Source of the DNA: Eledone cirrhosa
Lineage: Eukaryota
Length of the DNA: 64,000 bases
NCBI GenBank assembly: GCA_964016885.1
Contig: CAXHJY010001040.1
Coordinates: forward strand, 35,025-99,024
Direction of reading: 5' to 3'
This document shows, in pieces, positions 26,056 to 39,165 of the stretch. A model generated the notes under the pieces. It worked only from the letters and a program-made list of their open reading frames with translations, was not told the DNA's origin and searched no databases. Position 1 is the stretch's first letter, and each line of letters starts with the position of its first letter. The translations under genes and the position numbers were made by a program.

Positions 26056-26193
26056 TGTTCCTACTTTTGGCACAAGGCCAGCAATTACCCAGTGTATTAC
26101 TGGCACTTTATTTTATCGAGCCCATAAGGATGAAAGGCAAAATTAACCTCGGCAGGATTTGAACTCAGAATGGCAAGGGCCGTAACTCTATGC
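26056..26193 (-). mobile_element. 5'-truncated tRNA-SINE with a 19-bp target-site duplication
   Basis: B-box-like GAGTTCAAATCC on the minus strand. GTAGAGGCTATATAATAAT occurs at 26037-26055 and 26194-26212. Confidence 0.7.
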
Positions 26194-26754
26194 GTAGAGG
26201 CTATATAATAATGTTTCCGAAAAAGAAAAATGTGCAGATATAAAGAGTACATGCAAAAAACAATAGGAATGAGGGAATGTTGTGGGATTAGAACCCATGT
26301 GACCTCATAGGTACATCTTCATTCTTATTATCATTTTATACCCTATGTCATGGGTTGGACAGGTGGTTACGGTTTGACTAAGTTTTAGTTTCAGGTTACT
26401 GACCCCACAGACAGGTTGACAGCAGTGAAATAAGCTATAACACCCTATAGGGCCACATGTTAAAAAAACATATTTATTTTATCATTAGTTTTCATTCTTT
26501 AACACTAAATCATAAAAAATTATATTATTTATTTTTTATCATTAATATAAAAAATAATAATTATGTATAATTATGAAAAGATTTTTTACCCAAACCTTTT
26601 TTTAGAGAAGGGCCTCAAATTTCATATGGCTTAGAATCTCAGCAGGTGAAAGTTCTGCCATGATCAAGATACCGTGTCATGCATTTCAATTCTCAAATGA
26701 TTTCTATAGATGGATACTCTTCCTAATACCAACTACCTCACAGTGTGTACTGTT

Positions 26755-27270
26755 TGGCTTTTATTGTGGCTCCAGCACTTTCCTGTTGCCAACAAAGGGT
26801 TTTCTCTATGAACAAAAGGCTGCCTGTATGTGAAGTGCAATGCTGCATGGGAGAGTGACATTGGGCGTGAATGCAAAGGATATGTGAAGACTTAGGACAA
26901 ATGAAGTTGCCATACTTCAGTGGATGTTTTTTGTTAATGGGCATGAATAGTGAAGCATTGGTGAACTAAGAGAAAAACTGGGTATAAGAGGAATCAAATG
27001 TGGTATGCAAAAGAGAAGGGTGTACTAAATGGACATGTGATACACATGGATGATGATTCTTGAGTGAAGAAGTGCCAAGAGATCCCAATGGAAGGAAGCT
27101 GCTATAGAGGAAGATAAAAGAAGACATGAGCAGATGAACAAGAACTGATCTTAAATCGCTGCACCTCACAGAGGAGATGACAAAGGAAAACAATTAGTAG
27201 AAGGAAACTGTGCTGGAAAAGACCCATTCAACCAATACAAGCATGAAAAAAAAGAAAATGATGATGATGA
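26755..27270 (+). mobile_element. Highly decayed RTE 3' fragment
   Basis: Similar to the C-terminal and 3' UTR portion of the 11.5-kb copy; GAT tail. Confidence 0.65.
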
Positions 27271-30200
27271 TTTACACAGTGTACTCTGTGTACTTTACTG
27301 CCCAATGAATACAATCTTTTGATTCAGCAGCACCATTATGTATACCAGCAAGCATTGAGTTTTGAAATTGTTTCAAATCTTAGCACAAGTGCACTGTAGG
27401 ATTTGATTTGACCTTGATTCAGTTATATCACAAAATATCTCTATACTATCTTAGATTAGAGTGATACTACCAAATCTTTTAGCAAATATTTTTAGCAGAA
27501 AGCATCTTCTGAAAAGGTGAGCTATTTGCAGAAAATAGGAAAATTCCAGTCTCCAACTAGTAACAAACGCTAATGTTGAAAGATATTATTCACAATAACA
27601 AAAATAACTTACCTTTAAACATGGTAAATTATGTATAGGTCAAATGATAGTAGCATCAAATAGATAGAAACATGGGAGGAGGAGGGAATTCCTATAATTA
27701 TAATTAATCAGAAATATCCTATTACATTTGCAAAAAGGATTTGATAAGGTAAAATGCCGTAATTTTAGAAAGGAAAGTGATTAAATTCTAGTATATTTAA
27801 ATATTCAAACAAAGAACAAAATAAAATTCAGTAGGATTTGAAATGAAATTAGTGAAGTAACATTAAATCTGGATCAATTATTTTACTATTCATTCAATAC
27901 TACTACTTAGAGTGGGTGTAAACACTAGGCAGTCCTGACCAGTAGAACCTGCTTCTTCGCAAAAACAGAAGAGCAATATGGTCAAATGTTTCCTGGGATA
28001 ACGCAAGATAGTCATGAGATAATACACCATTGAAGTGATGTAGGTATTTAAAAAAAATTATTTTTAATCCCCCTAAATGTTAAATTTGCTCGTCAAGATC
28101 AGATAAAATGTCAAAGCATTATATTCATCAGTAATGCAAAAATGTGATCACTGTATCATCAAGATGCATTATGTTGTTTTGGGAGACTATCAAGATTCTG
28201 GGTATCTTCAGACTATTTCAGAACATACAACTGAGCTATACTAGGTCTGCTGATTATCTGATCTCAGTATTCTTTATCAAGCAATCATCATCATAAATTC
28301 CCACAACAGGTGCAATCAGCTGTCGCCACTGATCTCTATCCTCCATCATATTAGAAAGGGTTCAGTGTTGTAGGCTGTCTAGTTTTCAGACCAAAATTTT
28401 ATTTGTCTGTCACTTCCTCCTCCCTCAACTGTGCCTTGAAGGATGGTTTTAGAGAGGGGGTTGTGGCAGGATACATGACTGTACCAGGTAAGCTTCTGTG
28501 TTTTCATTGTTGCAAAAAGTAGTTTCTGTCTACCAGTTTGTTTTGTGCTCTATATATGGGATGCATGTCAAGAAATATTTACATTTAACAATATAGCATA
28601 ATGTACAACCAAACTCCAAAAACAAATAGTATTTCATAATATGTAGAAATACTAAAGTGGAGGAAAGTGTAGAACACACAAAGTCTACAGCTCAATATAA
28701 AATCTAAATAGATGTTACTTTATTTCACTCAAGTCAGTAATGTCTCTGATAAAAGTAACTTCTAACTTTTCCATTCCTAAAACTCATGCTTCATACTAAC
28801 AAATTTAACCATATTCAATAGCAAGGAGAGCAGTGAGAGTTTGTCAGATTAACTTGCCCATATCCCAATAAATCAAGACGAAAGCATTCCGTGGCATCTC
28901 AATGACTCAATGAGTTATATGACATATCATACCATAAAACTTCAGTGATACTATAAAAAGATGTATGTTATTGACTTATAGAAAATTGAATTTCATAAAA
29001 CAAGGAAAGCTGATTGTTTATTCAAGCTGAATGGCAGTTAAGAGTTTATTTCAAGTAATTTAAAAAAATAGATAACCTAAAATGTGGCTTTGAACAGTAG
29101 ATAGATAACCTTAAATATACCTCAAGACCTTGGATAGATAACCTTCAATATATCCCTGGACCCTAGATAGAAACACTGAATGTGCCTCTGGACTCTATAT
29201 TAATAAATTAACTCAGAACAATTTATATCACACTACCATAAATACTGCCCTGCAGATGGCTTCCTGGTAGTAAGTGTATGTATATGTATGTATATGATTA
29301 TATGCATGAATTTGTACTTGATTTCTCGTTCAAATCTAATACCACATAAGTAATTTCTTGTGAATGACAGTCTACCCTGTCAAGTGGTCATGTTGGTGAC
29401 ATGACAGAAAGCACCCAATCCACCTCATGCTAGTGTGGAAAATTAATGTTAAATGATGATGATGATGATTAACATTTACTAGAAAATAAATACTGACTAT
29501 ATTTGTAGATAAGTTACAGCTTTTTATATAAAAAAAAAGAAGTGAAATGAATGCCAAAACACCTGCATACCTTGCTCTAGATATGAAATTTGCAGCATGC
29601 ACTTACACACACACACACAGACAAAACAAACACTATGATGATATGTAGTCTCATGAATTTATATATTCAAGCTTTCCACTTTTGAAAAACATGTATGCAG
29701 GTCTCTCTATAGGTTGGCTGTAATCCTAAAGTCTCTTCAATGCTACAATGAAATACACTATTTTAATTAATTAATGAAGAATGTTCAGGGATTTACTAAA
29801 ATCATTATTTCATAACTAAAATAGTAACTTAACATATAGTTCTTATATAAGATTATATTAGATTTTAATTTACATAGGAACCCTTTTAAATGTGGTTGGC
29901 ATTAGGAAGGGCATCCAACCATAGAAAACCAGCCCAAAATACCCAGCCCACACTGTAAAGTGGACGTGTAAAAGACACGGCAAAAAGCACCCAGCACACA
30001 ATGTCAATGTGGTTGGCATTAAGAAGGGCATCCAGCCGTAGAAAACCAGCCAGAAACTCTCCTATACGAGCGAGACACTGTCACCCGACCAAATTTGCTT
30101 CTAATTGGGACAAACCCGCCTAACCCATGTTAGCATGGAAGATAGACTTTAATCGACGATGATGATGATGGGATCAAAAGGGTTCAACACAAATTTCAAG

Positions 30201-30413
30201 CAAAGTTGCAGACAGTATTTATAAAAAACAAAAGGCTGAAGTTAAAATATTCTAAACACAAAAGGAGTGCAACTTATATATGATATACAGTATGTAAAAA
30301 ATAAAAATTATGAGTTGAAGCTATTTTATTAGTAATGCCCCAACGAAAGACAAAACTATATAAACTTTCACTTTACCAATTTCTAAAACAATTTCAGACA
30401 TCTCAATGTTTAA

Positions 30414-30642
30414 CCCTTTTGTTAACATATTTCTAACGAAATACTATATATTTTGATTAATTAATGAAGAATTAGGGAAGGATTTACTAAAATTATAATT
30501 TCATTAAAATTGTATTAGTAACATAAAATATTCTTATGCAAAATGATGTTGGAAAGTTTTTATTTAAGTAGGAATATTTTAAAATGGGTTGTTTTGTTTC
30601 ACAGAAGCAGAAGAGGTATTAGGCAATTTGGTAACAAAAGGG
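30414..30642. mobile_element. TTAA-flanked (piggyBac-like) MITE; decayed relatives near 13830, 25685, 32221, 41180 and 41641
   Basis: TTAA|CCCTTTTGTTA...TAACAAAAGGG|TTAA. Confidence 0.75.
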
Positions 30643-30844
30643 TTAAATGACTGAATTTTATTTTAGCATTCATATTATCTAAAATTAATAAGTTTACAGG
30701 CTCAAGACGCTTTACCCAGCCTAGCAGATAATCTCTAACAACTACTTAAGTAAAAATTGCATTATATAACAATGTTAAACATAACAAAATCAGAATGATA
30801 GTTATGGAATAGACTTCCACTGGTTTCAACAATGAGTGTTCCAG

Positions 30845-31142
30845 ATGTTCAATCAATGAAATAAACTGCTAGCGAAACTAACATGTAAGTAGCTGAGTAT
30901 TCCACAGACACGTGTACACTTAATATAATTCTCATCGAGATTCAACATGAAACTGAGTGACAAGACTGGACCTCTGAATAACAAGATGGGCTTCTAAATA
31001 GTTTCTGTCTGCCCAATTTTACTCACAGGGCATGAGTCGACCAAAGGCTATAGTAAATGACACTTGCTCAAGAAGCCAAACAGTGGGATCGAACCCAGGG
31101 CCAAACAATAGCAAAGGGAACTTCTTAACTATTTAGCCACAT
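30845..31142 (-). mobile_element. Decayed tRNA-derived SINE
   Basis: Minus strand: TGGCTAAATAG...GGTTCGATCCC...CTTGAGCAAGTGTC. Related decayed heads at ~1-115 and ~10785-10900. Confidence 0.65.
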
Positions 31143-33933
31143 TACTTCCATTAATATTTAAGGGTAGCTTTAAAATTATCCAATATAGGAATCAAGAAAA
31201 TATAGCGTAACGGAAGATTAAAACATTGAATCCTATGAGACATGGTGAATATCTCAAGAGAGAAAAAAAGAATAACAAAGCAAGGAAAAAAATAGTAGGT
31301 AGACTGGCAGAAAACTGAGTTCTGGGGCTTATAGCTAAGAGAGAAAATAACATCCACAGCTAATAACCATCATTTAGAACAAAACTTAGTACATTTTCAT
31401 AACATAAATCAGACAGCTAAAATGCTTTCAATGAAATTACAAGCCAGTAAGAATTAAAATACTTACAGTATTTATTTTTTTGTCTTACTACACAAGTGCA
31501 CACACGCGTGTACCCGCATGGATATATGCATATTCATATAAATTAACAGAACAGAAAATATATTTCATTTGTATTATCTAATCCAATATTAATCCAAAAT
31601 GAAAGCCAATATTAGATGAAAATCAGATAGTAATTTAATAGAAAGTAAAAATGATTTAACATTAGCATATTTATTTGTGGTTACAGTGTTTAGAAAATAC
31701 CAGCCACCTTGCAAGAAGCTAATCAATGAATGAATATAGCAAGTCTATTGAACAATTGACAAGAACTGATGCCAAAGATAGTACCTCAATTTATAAGGCT
31801 TAAAAAAAAAGTAATGAACAAAAGCAATATCCCTCATTTCTGCAAGACATCAATTAATCATCTTTCCAAGATATCACAGCTTCAATAACGCTCCATGATT
31901 ATTATTATATTAGAAAAAGGGGGTGGGAAAAAAACAAAAAAAAAAAAACATGTTTAATGCTAAAATGATATCAGTATCAACATCAGAGTGAATATGACTG
32001 AATCAATAATAGAGTATCAGAGAATAACCAGACTACTAGTCACTCAATTGGTCTAGCCAACCTAAATGAAATTAGGTATCACAGGGTAGGAATAATTTAC
32101 CACTGTAGGTAGAGGAAGAACTTGTAAAAAGGAGTGTTTCATTATCTTACTGGTTTGAGATCAATTCCACACATAGAAAAAGTTACCTGCTATACACTTC
32201 TATCTTATTTCCTTATTCACTTAACCCTATTGTTTACCATATTTCTAGAAAAATATACTGCCTATAATTTTCAAATTATTCTGAAAATAAACATGAATTT
32301 AAAGTGACTTGGTATGATAACTTATTATTAAGTTGGTGTTTGGAACAGAACTTAACAAAGGTTCTTAATTAAAATTATGATGAAAGGTTTTTAAGATAAA
32401 CTTCAACTTTGTATTGTAGAATTAGGTGGATTGGTATAAAAAAAAATGTTAATGTTATGGAAACCAGAGGTGAGCATATGCCCAGTGAACTGCAAACGTC
32501 CATAAAAGGATCTGCCAAGTGATATGATATGGTATTATTGACAGATACTTCTTAATTTCCAAATTATTTTTTCCTAATTTTAAAAGAAAATCCCTACCTC
32601 TTTTTCAATAGTTGTAAAATGGATAATATGAGTTATAACGAAATAGCAATTGCAGATAAAAATTGTGCATTTGTAAAATACTTTTCTTCATTTTCATAAA
32701 ATAATTGAAGAATAATCAGAGATTAGGACAACACACATGTGAAAATGTAGCAGTTTTATATGTTATATAATTTCATATCATTCAAACTAGCATGATTTTT
32801 AAACTTAAAGCAAACAACAGAATAGAGTAAGATTTGCTACAAGCAATATGTTAATAGTAGTCATAACCAGAAGGACTGAGTTGTAGACAAAAATAACAAT
32901 AATAATGATTTCTAATAATAATGATAATAAAGATTATAGAAAAGAAGTAACTATGCTAAGATGCTAAGTATAATAGATAAAAACAAAATTCAGACAGTTT
33001 TGGAAAAATATAGACATCATTGTTGTAGCACAGATGATGTAAAAATAATAATAATAATGAAATAAGACAAGTGATAGAGATGAAACACAGATGAAAGCAA
33101 GATGAAATACAGATGAAAGGAGATGAAATACAGATCAATGAAGAGAAAGAGGAAAGAAAAGATAAGAGAGTGGAAAAGAAGGGAACACAGAAAGGAGGGG
33201 ATCCTGACGACTAATCAATTTGGTGATTTACAGAAAAAGCAATTATAGATTGAAAAATACAATAGTGTAGTTAAATAAAACTTGAGGTGTCAGCAGATTA
33301 GGGGATTGGAAGCAAATTAATTTAAGGCTGTTATAATATAGCTTTGTAAGAAATTTTAGAACTTGCTTTGACAAAGACTTTTGTAGAAACAAAATCTAGA
33401 GTCAAGTGGGTAAGTAGTGCCTTCTACCATAGCTTCAAGTCAACCAAAGCCTTGTGAGTGACATTTGGTAAACAAACATTGTACAGAAGCCCACCAGAAT
33501 AAATATATATATATATGTCTTGATAAGGACTACTGTAGCAATCTAAAACATAATTTGGAGCCAAGTGGGTAAGGTCCTTCAACCATTGCTTCAAATTGAC
33601 CAAAGTATATGCATATCTGGAGTGTCTTTGATCAGAGTCATTTTGGACATGGCCACCCTGTCTTTTTAAGGGTATATCTAGGATTATGTTAGTCACTACC
33701 TGTAAATTGGATGCCATTTCTAACAGGTTCAGCAACCAAGCAGAGACTCAGCCTTCATATGTATGTTTGTTTGTTTTTTTCCCGTACTTACAATACAATA
33801 ACACTAATAATACATAAAGATGGATAGACAAATACATACTTTTCCAAATATGCAATACCATGTAAAAGTAAGCACTGGAAAATGATGCGAGTTTGCATTA
33901 AGAAAAGTCATTACAGAGTTGTATTTTTATTAA

Positions 33934-34492
33934 TCTACTTATATATATAACCAGCAATTTCTGTCTGTCTGTCTGTCTGTCCGACAGTGGAAACACGTGC
34001 GTAGAGAGAGAGTGAGAGTGAAAGAAAGAGACAGACTACGAGAGGGGGATAGCGGGAGGGAGAGAGGGGGAGAGAGAGAGAGAGTGAATAGACGCTAAAA
34101 CACGTGCTACAGAAACATTACCTTCCCCTCTCCACTGACTTTGGTCACTGAGGCCGAGGGAATCGCGCTGAGCGCGTCATAATGACGTAATGCAGACATA
34201 CAGACAGATATTATAAGGGCGCAACGTTATATCTATGTATCTATCTAAAAAGAAAGACTAAGAATTATATAGAGAGAACGCTAAATCGCCTAATGCGGTC
34301 CCTAGGGCATTGAAAATTTGAAATAATTTTTGCTCAAAACACTCACAGGACCATAAGTATTACATGTCTAAAGTTTGAAAACAATCGGTTGGATGGTTCT
34401 CAAGTTTTAGTGAGCTGACAGACAGACATTCTCTGTTTTAGATATATAGACTAGCAGAACCCCCCCCCCCCCCCCGGGTGGTTTTCTGCTAG
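33934..34492 (+). mobile_element. Non-autonomous Helitron-like element, with an opposite-strand Helitron 5' end starting at 34450
   Basis: A|TC start, shared body with 22129, ends in the CTAGCAGAA..TTCTGCTAG palindrome. Confidence 0.6.
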
Positions 34493-35678
34493 TCTACTAT
34501 ATAAATAGCAATTTCTGTCTGTCTGTGTGTATCTGTGTATAACCGGTTGGTGCCTACACCAGTGATCCGATCCTGATGAAACTTTACACACATGTTAAGC
34601 TAATATTCAGAAACAGGACTGATTAATTGGATTTCAATAATGGAACCCCTGGGGACATCTTTACAATGGAGGAGGAAAGAGAAGATGTTTCAGTGAGAGA
34701 GGGGAAAGAGGAGATACTACTACTGTATGCTAAACCCTCCCTCCCACTACTCCTCTTCCTCCTCCCACAATTCAGTCCTCCAAAACGAGGCAACAACTTA
34801 TTAGAAATGAGTTTATTTTGTCAATATTTCGAGGTGTCGGATCATGGGAAAATTGTTCTTGGTATATAAACGTGTGCATTCCCTATTGAATTTACATTAC
34901 ACGGATTGGATTTTCAATAAAACCCATTTTAATGACTTTATGTTAGAGTACTATATCTAAGCAATTCCATTTCTTAACACTTAAATTCCAAGTTTTGAAC
35001 TTATTAACTTAGCATTACAGCCCACATGTACACTTACAATGTCAGGATGCAGAAAGCCAACCGAGTCATTAGCAATTAACAGTTTCACTGCTTATTTGCT
35101 TAGCGACACAGCTCATCAGATGACCCCCACCCCCTCCTTGGTTAACTACTACTGTCAAGCTTCTGAAGTGCGCTGAATCGTTACTTTGCGCCGTTTTTGC
35201 AGTTACCTACAGAACTAACATTTAAAATCTTTTGATTTTCCTATCACCCAACTTACTGAATTGCTTCAGTCATTCGAAGGGCTTTACAAATGGCGATATA
35301 CAGGGTGCTTGAACAGTACCTGAATATGTTCACTCGGTTATAATTTCTTCAATAATTGCGATAACTTCCTCAATTGTTCTGTGTTTGTTCTTGGGCGCTA
35401 AGGCAGTAAGTTTGCTATTCTTATACATAAGTTTGTTACTCTTTGAGCTCAAACTTCCCCAGCTTATTCTCTCTGAACGGAGAAAGCTTGATGGAAGAAG
35501 GACTTATGACAAACAGCTATTGATAGTTCCACACAAAAAATTGATCTGCCATAAACACACCTAGCAAAGGTTGCTATTGAAAATCCAGTGTGGGTACCCA
35601 GGGTTGCTAACATTTTCAGGCACACTCTGGGAACTGCAAATAACCTCTTTCCTGGGTATTACCAGATACTCCAGCTAG
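34493..35678 (+). mobile_element. Non-autonomous Helitron
   Basis: TC TACTATATAAA...(TCTG)n start; decayed 3' hairpin and CTAG|T end. Confidence 0.65.
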
Positions 35679-35700
35679 TATATATATATATATATATATA

Positions 35701-37480
35701 AAGAAAGTTTACCAATATCTTGAGGCATGGGGATCAGAGAAGTGAAGTGTTCCGCATTGCAAGGCAGTGTGTCAGTGTGAATTGGAATGTTGTTGGGGAA
35801 AAGTGTGTTAGAAATGACACTGGTGCACTTTCAAAAGAAATGTTACTATGAGAGAGTGATGAATGTACAGAATGAATGGGAGGAGAGACTACTCCTAACT
35901 TATCCAACCGAAGAACCAGCTATTGAAGTTGACAGTTATAGAGTCAAAGAAGCAATCAAGGAGATGAAGAATGGTAAAACTGCAGGACCCTCAGGGATAG
36001 TTGCTGAGATGCTAAAAGCATTGCGAGAAGTAGGAGTTGAACTAGTAACCCACATAGTTAATCAGGTAATACAGAATGGAGTCATACCCAATGACTGGTG
36101 CAGCAGACCAATCATAAATTGTTACAAGGACAAAGGTGGTGCTCTAGAAAGGAGCAACTATAGAGGAATTAAACTAAAGGACCAAGTTATGAAACTGATG
36201 GAAAGAGTTATAGCACTGCTAATTAGAGAAAAAGTCAAATTAGATGAGATGTAGTTTGGTTTCATGCCTGAGAAAAGTATTAGAGATGCCCTCTTTTTAG
36301 TGAGAAATTCCTAGCCGCTATATTTAGCTTTTGTTGATCTAGAAAAGGCCTTTGACAGAGTACCTCCATCTATTATCTGGTGGTCTTTAAAAAAAATTAA
36401 ATGTAGCAGGATGAATGTCTTGTGAGAGTAGTACAAGCCATGTATAGAGGAGCTGTCAGAAAATGAGAGTAGGAAGTCAGTTTAGTGAGGAATTCAAAGT
36501 AAAGGTGAGAGTTCATCGGGATTCAGTTCTTAGCCCACTGCTACTCATCATAGTTCTCCAGGCTATAACAGTTTGGGAACTTCTGTATGTGAACGATCTG
36601 GTCCTTATAGCTGAATCTATAAAAGAACTAGAGAATAAGTTCTGACTATGGAAACAAAATTTGAAATCAAAAAGCCTGAGAATAAACTTAGCCAAAGCTA
36701 TAGTGCTAGTAAACAGGAAAGAAGATAGGACACAGATTCCTTCAGGAAAGTGGCCATGCTCAATATGTAGAAAAGGAGCAGGCATAAACTCAATGTAAAT
36801 CTTAGATACACAAGAGATGTAGTGGGATACCAGGTAGACTAACAAGAAGGGAAGACATTGTATGTAAAAGATGCACAGGGGTAATCGAAGGAAGAGCGTC
36901 AGTGATATAAACCTTTTCCAATCACATGAAAGATCCATAGAAGTTGTTGATAGCTTCTGCTATCCAGGTGACTTAATTAGAAGCATAATAGCTAGAATAA
37001 GGATAGGATGGAAGAAGTTTAGGGAGCTACCCCCAACTGATTTTTCCTTATGTACAGAAGGACGACTGTATGTCACCTGTGTGCTAAGTGTAATGCTGCA
37101 TGGTAGTGAAACATGAGAAGTGACTGTAGAGGACATATGTAGGCTGGACAAAAATGAAGCAATCATACTTCATTGGATGAACTGTAGGAGAAACTGTGTT
37201 TAAGAGGATTCTGAAGTGGTGTGCAAGAGAGAAGACTCAATTGGTATGGTGATGTGATGCACATGGATGATGATTGCTGAGTGAAAAAGTGTCAGGAAAT
37301 CCAAGTAAAGGGAAGCTGCAGTATAGGTAGACCAAAGAAGATCTGGGCAGAGCTGATCTCAAATCACTGAGACTCACAGAGGAAATGATGAATGTCACGT
37401 GTCGAAAGATGCTGCGCTGAAAAGGCACTGTTCAACCAATGCAAGTGTGGAGAAACAAAAGTAAAAACAATGATGATGAT
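35701..37480 (+). mobile_element. Decayed RTE LINE
   Basis: MKNGKTAGPSGIVAEMLK, NYRGIKL and SVLSPLLL motifs; GAT tail. Confidence 0.9.
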
Positions 37481-37558
37481 TATATATATATATATTGTCT
37501 GAGCAAGCTCGACCAGATGGTGTTGATGTGTGTACACATATATATATATATAGAAATA

Positions 37559-37627
<69 letters not shown>

Positions 37628-37701
37628 AAAAAGAAACAACAAAAGCAAACAAGAGTACATTGAAAAAATATTAGTTTAACGCTTGATATAGTGAAGAAGT
37701 G

Positions 37702-37737
37702 TCTTTATGTTTTGGACACTAGCCCTTCATCTGAAGA
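37702..37737 (-). ncRNA. Decayed minimal hammerhead (PLE pseudo-LTR remnant)
   Basis: TCTT-CAGATGA-aGGGC tagt GTCC-AAAA-CA-TA-AAGA. Two core substitutions, so probably inactive. Confidence 0.4.
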
Positions 37738-37919
37738 TAGAATGAAAAATAAAGGATGAAATAAAAAGATAGAGAGTGAGAAGAGGAAGGAACGCAAAAA
37801 ACATTTTTGAGAAAAAGCAACATGTATGTATTCAGTCAACTATATATATATATATAAAATACGTAGTTTAGAAAGCCACAACAATGCAGATGGGAAATCT
37901 CGAGGTAGGAAGTGAATGA

Positions 37920-39165
37920 TAGATAGGAGAAATAGGAGAAAGTGAAAATTGAGAGAGACAAAGATGAAAACAAAACAAAGGTAAAAGGGTTACCGTAGTG
38001 GAGATTTAATCCCAATATTTCGGGCTCACGCCCATCAACGGGGGGAAAGTTCCAAAAAGGGGGGGGAACAGGCTAAGCCGGAGAAAGTTGTGATGTCGTT
38101 AAAACAGGAATGCCGTTATGGGGAGAAAATTTAAATGAGGGGAAAGAATGCGCGTGCGCGTGATAGGCTGTGGCAAAAGCTACTGACCAAATGGGTTAAA
38201 TCAAGAGGGTGCGCTAGCGTGTGAAAGCCGTAAAATATGTGTGTGTAGCTGTGTGTGTATATGTGTAAGTGTGTATATATGTAAGTGTGTATATGTGTGA
38301 GTGTGCGTGTGTGTGAAAGATAGTGGGCTGTAGAAGCTGGAAATCAAAGGGTGTGAAAGGTGGTAGGTTGTAAAACGTGTGCGTGTATAAATATAGATGT
38401 GTGTGTGTGTATGCGTATGGGTATGCATATACGTGCGTGTGTGTGAAAATAGCAGGCCGTAAGGGCTGTGAATGGTCACTATGGTTAAATCAGCCATGTC
38501 AGCTCATTTCTCTCAGCCCGGTTGTTAAGTGGGGGTCTGAGGTTCTTAATAATAAGTGCTTCCTTTATCCTTAAGAATCCGATGCTGCATTCAGTCGCTA
38601 GGACTGTGACCAAGGGTCTACCCTGTGGGTTTCCGCATTTAAGGATGTGTTTACGGAAGGAAGATGCGTTGGTGTTGATATGTTCCTTGATACGAACATG
38701 TAGGGGTCGGATGGTGCTGCCTATGTAAAACTTGTTACATTTATCGCATTGAATCTTATATACGACATAGGTGCGTAGGCAATCTGCCCCCGTATCGGGC
38801 AGTTGCTGAGGGAACACGTCCCATCTGACTCGTCGGGTTTGTTGGAGAGGCATCTTCGCAGCGAAGGTCCTGTGTGGGCCAAATGTATGTCAAGTCCCTC
38901 CGTCCGTATGGCCCTGCGGATGGTGTTCGTGGTATATTCACTCAGGTGGGGGATTTTAAAGAAGCACCTGCTTTTATTTAAGTTTCTAGTGGGTGTCTGT
39001 CCATTGGGTCTGGGGTCTCTAATTCCGTTAATCAGTCGCTTGGGATATCCATTAGACTTGAGTAGATTACGGAATTGCGTGGTATGGGTGAGACCACCCA
39101 TCGGGTCGCTGCATCTGTTAGTGATCCGTGTCACTTCATTTAGGACATAGCCTCTCTTAGCGTTG
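37920..39165 (-). mobile_element. 5'-truncated Penelope-like element (thumb, GIY-YIG endonuclease, 3' pseudo-LTR)
   Basis: LKSNGYP thumb motif and VVYKIQCDKCNKFYIGSTIRPLHVRIKEH...EALIIKNLRPPLNNR. One frameshift near 38790. The left boundary is approximate. Confidence 0.85.

Noticed and set aside
35080-35125. Minus-strand CTGATGA...GAAA (similar cases at 18880-18910, 34573 and 41130)
   Set aside because: Stems I-III cannot be formed; chance core matches.
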